Both the position numbers and the translations under genes were made by a program. Shown here piece by piece: positions 9,506 to 17,792 of a stretch of DNA of 49,982 nucleotides (position 1 is its first letter; each line of letters starts with the position of its first letter). The notes beneath the pieces are model-generated. The model was not told the origin of the DNA and did not search any database. It worked only from the letters and a program-made list of their open reading frames with translations. This stretch comes from Elusimicrobiota bacterium (GTDB taxonomy: Bacteria; Elusimicrobiota; Elusimicrobia; F11): assembly GCA_046153645.1 (NCBI GenBank), contig JBJXGI010000089.1:1-49982 (forward strand), given 5' to 3'.

Positions 9506-11263
9506 TCAGGAAGGTTTTAACTGGCTTGGCAAGGCGAACAAGAACCCTTGCCCCAGGGAGACTCCCGCTTTGAGGGCCAGAAAACTATCTGAGCGTGACT
9601 CTAATTTTGTACAAATAATTTCTGACCCCATTTGTTTAATTGTAGAAACCACTTCAAAGAATTTTTTTTGTTTATCAAAATCGTCATTCATATCTCTGTA
9701 TTGTGTCATATCAAGTTTCATGTAATCAGGCTTTAAATCTTGCAAATAGTTTATGGTCCCACTGAGATTCAAATATCCCGCATCTAAACAGATCTTTTGT
9801 TCTTGAAGTTTCATTTTCCCGAGAATGTCAAATAATTCGCTCAAATCATTTGACCGGTGTGTACCAGACAACTCAAAAATAATTTTTAGATTTTTTTCTG
9901 CTGCATTTAATGATAATGCTTTTAGAAGAATTTTATCACCCAACAAGGTTTCGGGAAAAATATTAACGAACAATTTAATTCCGGGGTTTATTTCTTGAGC
10001 CGCTTGAATAATTTTCCTTACACATACTAAATCAAGCCTGGGAACCATTCCCGTTGAACGCGCTGTTTGAAAAATCGCATCAGGAAATTCAAGTGGAGAA
10101 CCAGCTGGGCCGCGAATAAGAGCTTCATGAGCAACAACTTCATCTTGCCTCATGTCCAGAATGGGCTGAAAAAGAACACTTATTTTTTCCTGAATAATAA
10201 TATCCTCTAACTGATGAGGAAGAAATTGACTAATAACGGTTGTAATGTTTTCTAACGCCTTGGAAGTTCCTTCAGAAGAACCTGGCCCCCAAGTAAACTC
10301 GGCCAATTGGGCTGCTAAACTACGTCGATCACGAACAAAAGCACTTCCCTGAAAAGACTTCGCGTATTTTTTTAACTGCGTAAGGGAGTGATTGATTTGC
10401 CCAAGATTATCGAATTTTTTCCCCTCATCCGAAACCATCCCGATGGCAACTGACGTGAGAGGGAATTGGGAAATGATTCCTCGACGATCTTCAACAACAA
10501 TAAACCGGTTTTGTTTGTCTTCAGCAGAATAGAAACGTGGCGCTTCCTTATCAAAAGTTTCAGTAATGGTTTGGCATACCTGATTGGCTTTTTCATAATT
10601 ACAGATAAATACAAAATCGTCTCCACCCACGTGCCCCAAAAAATAGTCGTCTGCGGAATATTTCTGGAGTGATTGCAAAATAACATCCGCTGTAAAAAGA
10701 ATGACCTGGTCACCATTAGAAAACCCATACTTGTCGTTATAGGCTTTAAAATTATTCAAATCCGCATAACCCACAGCATAAGGTTTGTCCCGACCGATAT
10801 GAGACTTAATGGCTTTGACAATGGCTTGATTACCAGGAAGTCGAGTTAAAGGATTGGCATCTAAATTAACAAGGGCTCTTTCTAAAAGCAGCTTTGTCCG
10901 TAAAACCAAATCGTCAATATTGATGGGCTTAACAACATACTCGTCTACAATAATATCGAGACTACGCATTTTATCCAGAAAGTCAATTCGAGAAGAGAGA
11001 ACAACCAAAGGAATATGCCGCAACATCATATTTCGTTTTAACTCTTTTGCCACATGAAACCCATCAAGATCGGGCAAATTGATATCTAGCAATATAACGT
11101 CTGGCGGAGATTTGAATACCTCAATAAAAGCTTGCCTTGCTGTTGAGGCAACTTGAATTTGAAACCCCTCCCTCTCAAGACCTTGGCTTACCAAACTCGT
11201 AAGGGGCGCGTCTTCGATAATGAGCAATACTGATGATTGTTTTTCCGATGATGAATCGGTCAT
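9506..11263 (-). CDS. Response regulator REC-GGDEF(GGDDF)-degenerate EAL protein
   Basis: REC domain (LLDINLPDLDG, KP); NPLTRLPGN, DLNNFKAYND, GHVGGDDF; EAL domain FQPI..HEALIR..QGFLF. Confidence 0.9.
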   Translation of the reverse strand: MTDSSSEKQSSVLLIIEDAPLTSLVSQGLEREGFQIQVASTARQAFIEVFKSPPDVILLDINLPDLDGFHVAKELKRNMMLRHIPLVVLSSRIDFLDKMRSLDIIVDEYVVKPINIDDLVLRTKLLLERALVNLDANPLTRLPGNQAIVKAIKSHIGRDKPYAVGYADLNNFKAYNDKYGFSNGDQVILFTADVILQSLQKYSADDYFLGHVGGDDFVFICNYEKANQVCQTITETFDKEAPRFYSAEDKQNRFIVVEDRRGIISQFPLTSVAIGMVSDEGKKFDNLGQINHSLTQLKKYAKSFQGSAFVRDRRSLAAQLAEFTWGPGSSEGTSKALENITTVISQFLPHQLEDIIIQEKISVLFQPILDMRQDEVVAHEALIRGPAGSPLEFPDAIFQTARSTGMVPRLDLVCVRKIIQAAQEINPGIKLFVNIFPETLLGDKILLKALSLNAAEKNLKIIFELSGTHRSNDLSELFDILGKMKLQEQKICLDAGYLNLSGTINYLQDLKPDYMKLDMTQYRDMNDDFDKQKKFFEVVSTIKQMGSEIICTKLESRSDSFLALKAGVSLGQGFLFALPSQLKPS

Positions 11264-11276
11264 AAGTTAATATTTA

Positions 11277-11305
11277 TTGTCTTCATTCATATTGAAATCT
11301 ATACT
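11277..11305 (+). promoter_or_regulatory. Sigma70-like promoter, probably giving a leaderless mRNA
   Basis: TTGTCT-N17-TATACT, then 7 nt to ATG 11313; no SD. Confidence 0.55.
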
Positions 11306-11312
11306 CATTTTA

Positions 11313-14300
11313 ATGCGAATAGCGTATTTTTTCATCCTTTTTATAAATATTGTTATTGGTGGGGTTTCTAAGCAAATTCAAGCAACAGAAAACTCCTCCC
11401 CCTTCTTGAGTGAAAACGAGTTATCAGAATTTTATCGTCTCAGAATTTCTTCAAGCGATCTGACTCTTCCCTCTGGATGGCCAAGGCCCTACACATTGAA
11501 GATAATTGAACAGTTTTTTAAAACCCCCCTTATTGTCCCAGATACAACTCAACATTACCTGGATCAAGTGGACAATGCGTCATCTCTATCTGAAATATTC
11601 AATCTCTCAAAAGCGATTCTTTCTAATGAAGAAAAAGTTTCTGTACCTCCAGTTATTTCAAAGAATTTGATAGTTGAGAAAATAAAATTCCCGCACAATG
11701 TCCCCTTAAAACGTGATTTACAAATAATCATAGAACAGCTTTATATGGGAATTTGGCAAGCCACTCCACTGATAAAAAAATCGTCAGACTCTGTTGGTTT
11801 TGAAAATAAACAAAATTTTCTTTCGCTTAATGAATGGCCCAATTTAAAAACAGGACTTATTAAAGATGAACTTTCAACCCGAAGAATTAAAGCACAATAT
11901 GCCGCGATGGCCTCTTTCGATGAAAAAAGTTTATTGGAAGCCACTAAAATTATTTTTAAGACCATTGATGACAGCCTCCCTTCTCTTGAAAAGATTAGTT
12001 GGAAACACCATAAGTTTAAACCACTTAAAATGAAAACTCCTTTGGGATGGGTGGTTATAAGAGGCTCTGGAAACGATGTTTATAAACCGGAAGATTTAGA
12101 AAATGTGGTATTGCTTATTGATCTGGGAGGACGCAACTCATACGAAGGCTCTGTCGCTTACGCGGAGGATGGGCAAATACGAATAGCTTTAGACTTTGGT
12201 CAAGACATTCAAATAAAAACCAGCAACATCCATAATGCGGGAGTGGGAATTTTCGGAATAGGTATTTTCATAACCCCAAACAATTCAGATAAGAAAGTTA
12301 TTGAAACAGGAACACATTCTCTCGGATGTGGACTTGGTGGAACTGGCGTATTTATCAATAAAGGAAATGGAATATTTAAAGGAAATGTTTACTCACAAGG
12401 CGTCGCAAGTTTTGGAATAGGTATTTTTAAATCAGAACTTTCTAACAATTCCACTTTCACTGTCAATCGCATGGGACAAGGCTTGGGATATGTTAAAGGC
12501 CTGGGCATTTTTTCTTTAAAGGGCGATAAAAACAATATCTCCGGAGGACTCACAGACCCCGACCCCAGAGAACCCAAAGGCGCGGTGAGTCTTTGCCAAG
12601 GGGTGGGATATGGACACCGTAGTTATGTCGGAGGAGGGGTTGGTTTAGCCAGCATCAATGGAAACCAAAATAATATTTCCAGTAGCTACTTTGCGCAAGG
12701 CGTGGGTTATTGGAAATCTTTGGGAGGATTCCGTTTACAGGGTAATGAAAATAAAATTGTGGCTCGCCGCTATGACCAAGGTTCTGGTGTTCACTACGCG
12801 TTCGGATACTTTCACATGAAAGGAAATAAAAACCATCTCTCCAATTGGGGAGTAGGCCCGGCTCATGCCTGGGATCATAGTTTTGCAAGCTCATTAATTG
12901 AAGGAAATGAAAATGTCATTCAAACTGAATGGGGCGCTGGATCGGCGCAAATTGGAAGTATTTCTTTTCCTATCTATCGAGGAGATAACAATAAAATTTC
13001 GCAACTGGGCTTAAGTGATGCCCCCTTTTCAAGGGGAGAATTTTCTTATGTTATTTCAACCATTAAAGGAAAAAACAATAAATTAAAATTTCCCCATTTT
13101 TTAGATGGAACAAATGAAAATAATTACACGCTTTCATACCCTTGGGGAATCGTTAAACTCTCAGGAACCACCATTGATCCAAATTTAGAGCTTCCCAAAC
13201 AAGAATGGCCTGATATTAGGCAAGACGAAGTTCGCGCGCGTGAGCAAACAAATCTTTCCGCTCAAATTAAAGAATCTATTCAAAAACCACCGAAAGAAAA
13301 AATATCTGATCTTCTAGAAGTTGCTGCTGCTTTTAGTATTGATAAAACATCTCCCAGACAAGCACTCAAAAAACTTCTTTCACTCACTTCAGAAGAAGTA
13401 ATAAATCTCGTCGAAGTTCTGGACCCTATTTCAGTTGAACAAATGGTGGTTTTACAATCGGTTCTCCCTTCTTACGGCTCACAAATGGTAAAGGCAATCA
13501 AATACAATTTTGCATCTAGCGACCTCGAGAAAAAAGCAGTTTTGATTAACATGCTTGGTCGCGCTAGACCTTCTGAGTCAATGGAACTATTGAAAAATTT
13601 TGTTTCACAAAAAATATCCTCGGAAGAAGAAAGACGCGTAAAACTTAATGCCATCAGAACTTTGGCTCAACTTCAAAACAAAGACACCGGAATAGAACCA
13701 GGAATAAAAGCGTCCTTGTTGGCGATACTGAATAGCCTAGAGTCTCCTTTTTCGACTAAGAAGAAAAAGATTTTAAGAGATCTCTTGAACCGGATAAGAC
13801 TTTATGACCAAATAGCTCTTTTTTCAATTTCGTTAGAGATCTCACCTGAAATGAGAAACAACATGGGAGAATTATTTCCTGAAGACCTAACAACAAGTTT
13901 TGGTGAAAAAGGAATCACTTATCTTATTGAACAATGGAATAAAAATCGGAGTCAAAGCATCCAAAGGATCAAAACAGAATTAGCTATTTTGTCTCAAAAT
14001 GAAACCTCAACTCGAGAAGAATTAATAACTGTCTTAAAAAGCACACGAACAACAGAACTCGTTATCGCCATAGCGGGCTTAGGCCAAGTTCAAAACGCTC
14101 AAGACTTCAATAAAATAACCCCCTTTCTAGAACACCACAATAGCCTTGTCAGAGAAACAACATCACTCACGCTGGGTAGATTTGGCGATATTGCCATTCC
14201 ATTTTCAGAAAATGCCTTCAACTCTTCTCCTGCTGCGTTGAGAAGACAAATAATGGCTTTTATTCCTCACGCAACAACTGAAAAAGCGCTTCCCTTATTA

Positions 14301-14477
14301 ATGAAAGCACTCGCAGATCCAGAAGCTGATATCAGATTATCTGCCGTCAGTATCATGCGAAGTTTTCCCCCTATATTTTCAAAAAAAATTCCGCATCTTA
14401 AAAAATTTGCGCGGCAAAGACTTAAAACAGAAAAGGACCCCAGCGTAAAAAGGTTACTTGAACTTTTTCTTTTATGA
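11313..14477 (+). CDS. Large secreted protein with Gly-rich beta-repeat region and C-terminal HEAT repeats
   Basis: Signal-like MRIAYFFILFINIVIGGVSKQIQA; repeated QG(V/L)G / GxGxGxF / GNxN units; HEAT-like LVRETTSLTLGRFG, ALADPEADIRLSAV. ATG 11313 is preferred over TTG 11277, which lies in the -35 box. Confidence 0.75.
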   Translation: MRIAYFFILFINIVIGGVSKQIQATENSSPFLSENELSEFYRLRISSSDLTLPSGWPRPYTLKIIEQFFKTPLIVPDTTQHYLDQVDNASSLSEIFNLSKAILSNEEKVSVPPVISKNLIVEKIKFPHNVPLKRDLQIIIEQLYMGIWQATPLIKKSSDSVGFENKQNFLSLNEWPNLKTGLIKDELSTRRIKAQYAAMASFDEKSLLEATKIIFKTIDDSLPSLEKISWKHHKFKPLKMKTPLGWVVIRGSGNDVYKPEDLENVVLLIDLGGRNSYEGSVAYAEDGQIRIALDFGQDIQIKTSNIHNAGVGIFGIGIFITPNNSDKKVIETGTHSLGCGLGGTGVFINKGNGIFKGNVYSQGVASFGIGIFKSELSNNSTFTVNRMGQGLGYVKGLGIFSLKGDKNNISGGLTDPDPREPKGAVSLCQGVGYGHRSYVGGGVGLASINGNQNNISSSYFAQGVGYWKSLGGFRLQGNENKIVARRYDQGSGVHYAFGYFHMKGNKNHLSNWGVGPAHAWDHSFASSLIEGNENVIQTEWGAGSAQIGSISFPIYRGDNNKISQLGLSDAPFSRGEFSYVISTIKGKNNKLKFPHFLDGTNENNYTLSYPWGIVKLSGTTIDPNLELPKQEWPDIRQDEVRAREQTNLSAQIKESIQKPPKEKISDLLEVAAAFSIDKTSPRQALKKLLSLTSEEVINLVEVLDPISVEQMVVLQSVLPSYGSQMVKAIKYNFASSDLEKKAVLINMLGRARPSESMELLKNFVSQKISSEEERRVKLNAIRTLAQLQNKDTGIEPGIKASLLAILNSLESPFSTKKKKILRDLLNRIRLYDQIALFSISLEISPEMRNNMGELFPEDLTTSFGEKGITYLIEQWNKNRSQSIQRIKTELAILSQNETSTREELITVLKSTRTTELVIAIAGLGQVQNAQDFNKITPFLEHHNSLVRETTSLTLGRFGDIAIPFSENAFNSSPAALRRQIMAFIPHATTEKALPLLMKALADPEADIRLSAVSIMRSFPPIFSKKIPHLKKFARQRLKTEKDPSVKRLLELFLL

Positions 14478-15037
14478 GTTATCCAAACCAACTTCTTTCT
14501 CTTCTCAATAAATATCAACCGATAGACGAAAGTGATCTCGCTCATAAAACAAAAATTATTCATTTTGTTGAAAATGAACCTGACTGCTTCAAGAAAAGTT
14601 TATTAAAAGGCCATGTCACTGGATCAGCCTGGGTTGTTGATCCTTCTCATCATAAAGTTTTGCTTACTCTTCATAAGAAATTAAAAAAGTGGCTACAACT
14701 AGGGGGGCATGCTGATGGAGAAAGCGATCTTCTTCAAGTGGCGATACGAGAAGCACAAGAAGAATCTGGCTTAGAAAAGATATTTCCTATTTCGACAGAA
14801 ATCTTCGATTTGGATATTCATTTGATCCCATCCCGACAACAAGAGCCTGAACATTTTCATTACGATATTCGATTTATGCTCGAAGCCTCCCAACCAGAAC
14901 TCATCAAAAAAAGTAGCGAATCAATTGATTTACGCTGGATTGATATAGAGCGCCTAGAAGAATTCTCAAATGAAGATTCTTTACTTCAAATGAAAAAAAA
15001 ATGGTTAAAACTTAAGATGGGGAAAAAATACTACTGA
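14474..15037 (+). CDS. NUDIX hydrolase
   Basis: GHVTGSAWV, WLQLGGHADGE..AIREAQEESGL, HYDIRF. Confidence 0.92.
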   Translation: MSYPNQLLSLLNKYQPIDESDLAHKTKIIHFVENEPDCFKKSLLKGHVTGSAWVVDPSHHKVLLTLHKKLKKWLQLGGHADGESDLLQVAIREAQEESGLEKIFPISTEIFDLDIHLIPSRQQEPEHFHYDIRFMLEASQPELIKKSSESIDLRWIDIERLEEFSNEDSLLQMKKKWLKLKMGKKYY

Positions 15038-16506
15038 ACACTTAACTTTTTTAGAGTTTCTTCCATCCACTCACTTCCGTCAATAGGATGAGAACCGATA
15101 TAGGCTTGAACGACTTCTTTGGCTTTAACATGATCAGGCTTAAAACCAATCAGCGTTAACGAGGCAACAACACGAACTTCTTTTGAAGGACTTGAAATGG
15201 ATTTTTCAAAAGTATCAATGAAAGTCGGAGACGAATATTGCGAAATGAGATAAGCGTCCCGAACTGAGAGCTTAGAACTGGCCACATTTTTCAACAATAA
15301 CTCCATTAAAGGCCGACCCAATGCTGCCAGTTGCGGCGCGGCCATTTCTTTAAACCCGTGAATTTGTGGGTGTTCACCCACCTTTCTAAAAAGAGTCAAA
15401 AATTGGGGATAAAGAACATTAGACATTCGTTCGGTTTTAACCAAACCAATTTTCTGAAGTGCGTAGAATGCTCTTGCGGCAACAAAAAGATCAGTATCAC
15501 TCATTCGTTCGGTCAAAGCCGCCAAATCACCCAAACGAGCTGGCTCTATATTTCCCGCGCGCCAAGCCGCTCGATAACGGAGAACTGAATTTTTCTGTTT
15601 TAAGTCAAACGCAATATCAATGGGTTGTTCTCTCCTTCGGTCAATCTTCAATAAAACCTGAGCTAGGCGAGAGCGCAGATAAAAATCATCCCCATATCCA
15701 TCTTCCGCTTTTAGTAATAACTTACTCAAAGCCGAAGACATGTGATGTGCATCTGCTCCTAAACTTTGAAGCGCCGTTAAGACTTGGGATGATGTTTCCA
15801 CCAATTTCTGGTTATTGGCATTTTTTTCCAAAAACTCCATAAAGGCAGGGGTAACCCCCAAAAACGAGGGCTCCATTTTATGAATGGCCAAAGCCGCTTC
15901 TACTTTTGTTTCCAAGTCAGAATCTCTTAAAAGTGTTTTTAATGGGGGGACTGCTTCAAAAGCAGAAGGTTCTATTGAACGAATAAGTTTCACTAACTCT
16001 AATTTTGATCCAGTCTGCGTAAGAGCATTTAAAATATCAGGAAGAGCCTCTTTCCCCATTTTCTTTAAAATATCAACACTCCCCGATTTTTGAAGAGCCT
16101 GGGAACTATCAACTGTTTTTATTAATAAAGGTATTGATGGTTTTCCAAATTCTTGGAGAGAAACGGCGACTTCTTCACGAACGCTGGCGTCGTCATCGCC
16201 CAATCGACTTATCAAAGCCAACAAAACATTTTGATCTGAAATCCCACTTTTCCGAAGAGAGTAAATGGCAAATCTTTTTGAAATGGGGTTTGTGTCATTC
16301 AGTTTTTCAAGAAGACTTGAAACCAATATTTGTTTTTTATCGAGGGGAAGTTTATTCATTTTTTGGAGTGCAGTGTTACGGGTCATATCATCAGAAGAAA
16401 TAAGGCGATCAACCAAAGGAGTGCGTTGTTCATTCCAAAAAAGAAACCCAGCCACTCCTCCCAAGAAGACCAAAATAACCAAAAGTATTTTTTTCGTTTT
16501 ATTCAT
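15031..16506 (-). CDS. Membrane-anchored HEAT-repeat protein
   Basis: N-terminal TM helix; repeats LGDDDASVREEVAVSL, LLRDSDLETKVEAALAI. Confidence 0.8.
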   Translation of the reverse strand: MNKTKKILLVILVFLGGVAGFLFWNEQRTPLVDRLISSDDMTRNTALQKMNKLPLDKKQILVSSLLEKLNDTNPISKRFAIYSLRKSGISDQNVLLALISRLGDDDASVREEVAVSLQEFGKPSIPLLIKTVDSSQALQKSGSVDILKKMGKEALPDILNALTQTGSKLELVKLIRSIEPSAFEAVPPLKTLLRDSDLETKVEAALAIHKMEPSFLGVTPAFMEFLEKNANNQKLVETSSQVLTALQSLGADAHHMSSALSKLLLKAEDGYGDDFYLRSRLAQVLLKIDRRREQPIDIAFDLKQKNSVLRYRAAWRAGNIEPARLGDLAALTERMSDTDLFVAARAFYALQKIGLVKTERMSNVLYPQFLTLFRKVGEHPQIHGFKEMAAPQLAALGRPLMELLLKNVASSKLSVRDAYLISQYSSPTFIDTFEKSISSPSKEVRVVASLTLIGFKPDHVKAKEVVQAYIGSHPIDGSEWMEETLKKLSVQ

Positions 16507-17786
16507 ATTTCTCCCAAGACTTTTATTAAAAACTGATTCAAATGAAGGGCCTCAATACGCGATTCTTTTTTCTTTAAACCAAATTGAAGTTGATTCAAGC
16601 AAGAAGCGCTACTGGTCACCACCACAGAACATCCAGAATCAATAATAGATTTTATTTTGACTTCTAAAATAGCCTGTGACATTTCAGGGTGAACAAAACT
16701 ATAAGTCCCTCCCCCCCCACAACATTGGTCGGCATCGGTAATCTCAACACGGTGCAAATTTTGAATGGAATCTAATAGCTCTCTGGGCGCTTGGGTTGAT
16801 TTCATCGCATGCTGCGCTTTACAAGGATCGTGATACAACACCAATCCACCTTTCCATGTTTTTTTTCTCAGCAAATCTTTCAACCCTTTTTGAAGAAAAT
16901 AACTCGGCATATCGCGCAGCTTGAGCATTAATTGCTGAGCTTTTTTTAAAGCCAAAGAATCATCTTGTAAATATTTCGAATAATCCTTGAAATGAGACAA
17001 GCAGGAAGAATCATCAACCAATATATTTTCATACTTTGAAATCATCTCAATATTGTTTTTTGCTGACAATTTAACTTGAGACAAATCACCATAACTGGCC
17101 GAAGGAAGCCCACAGCAAGGGAGTGACGGAATGGCAAACGAAATTTGTAGTTTTTCGAGTAATTTTACAGTCGAAATTCCTATCTGAGAATTTAAGTACT
17201 GAGTTCCACATACCGGAATAAGCGCTACTTTTTCAACAGAAAATTCTTGCTCGAGGTGTTTTTTGGCTAAGGCATAATCCATTAAAAATGAAAGTGAAAC
17301 AGGCCCGCTTACCTGATGCGCCGCTTCTAAAGTGGGCGAAATTAATTTCAATAAACCCATCTTTGATAACAACCAAGATATTCCTATTTTTTTTCCAAAA
17401 AACAAAAACCAAATTAACTTCGAAAGTCGAGGAGGATAGGGAATTATTGTTCTCAAAAGAAACTTTTCAATTTTTGATCGACCTTTTTTACTGGCAAGAA
17501 ATTGACGCGCTTGAACCATGAGATCGGCGGTAGGAACCTCAGAAAAACAAACCGTGGTACATTCTCCGCACAACAAACAACTATCAATGCTACTCTGCGC
17601 GTCCAATGGATTGGACAATTTCCCTTCAATAAGAGCTCGAACCAGTTGATTTCGACCTCGAGGAGAATGGGTTTCATTTCCCGTGGCCCGATACGTAGGA
17701 CAATAAGAGGTGCAAAAACCACAACGGTTACAAGCGGCGGTTTTCTCTTCGATGGCCTTTAATGAAAATGAATTATTATTTTCCAT
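16503..17786 (-). CDS. glcF: Glycolate oxidase-type Fe-S subunit
   Basis: CNRCGFCTSYCPTY, SPRGR, CLLCGECTTVC; CCG domains (CCG, YHDPC, CCGGGG). Confidence 0.88.
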   Translation of the reverse strand: MENNNSFSLKAIEEKTAACNRCGFCTSYCPTYRATGNETHSPRGRNQLVRALIEGKLSNPLDAQSSIDSCLLCGECTTVCFSEVPTADLMVQARQFLASKKGRSKIEKFLLRTIIPYPPRLSKLIWFLFFGKKIGISWLLSKMGLLKLISPTLEAAHQVSGPVSLSFLMDYALAKKHLEQEFSVEKVALIPVCGTQYLNSQIGISTVKLLEKLQISFAIPSLPCCGLPSASYGDLSQVKLSAKNNIEMISKYENILVDDSSCLSHFKDYSKYLQDDSLALKKAQQLMLKLRDMPSYFLQKGLKDLLRKKTWKGGLVLYHDPCKAQHAMKSTQAPRELLDSIQNLHRVEITDADQCCGGGGTYSFVHPEMSQAILEVKIKSIIDSGCSVVVTSSASCLNQLQFGLKKKESRIEALHLNQFLIKVLGEI

Positions 17787-17792
17787 ATATTT

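Noticed and set aside
10380..10870. cGAMP-producing Hypr GGDEF
   Set aside because: The specificity residue is Asp (NGDQV), not Ser/Thr.
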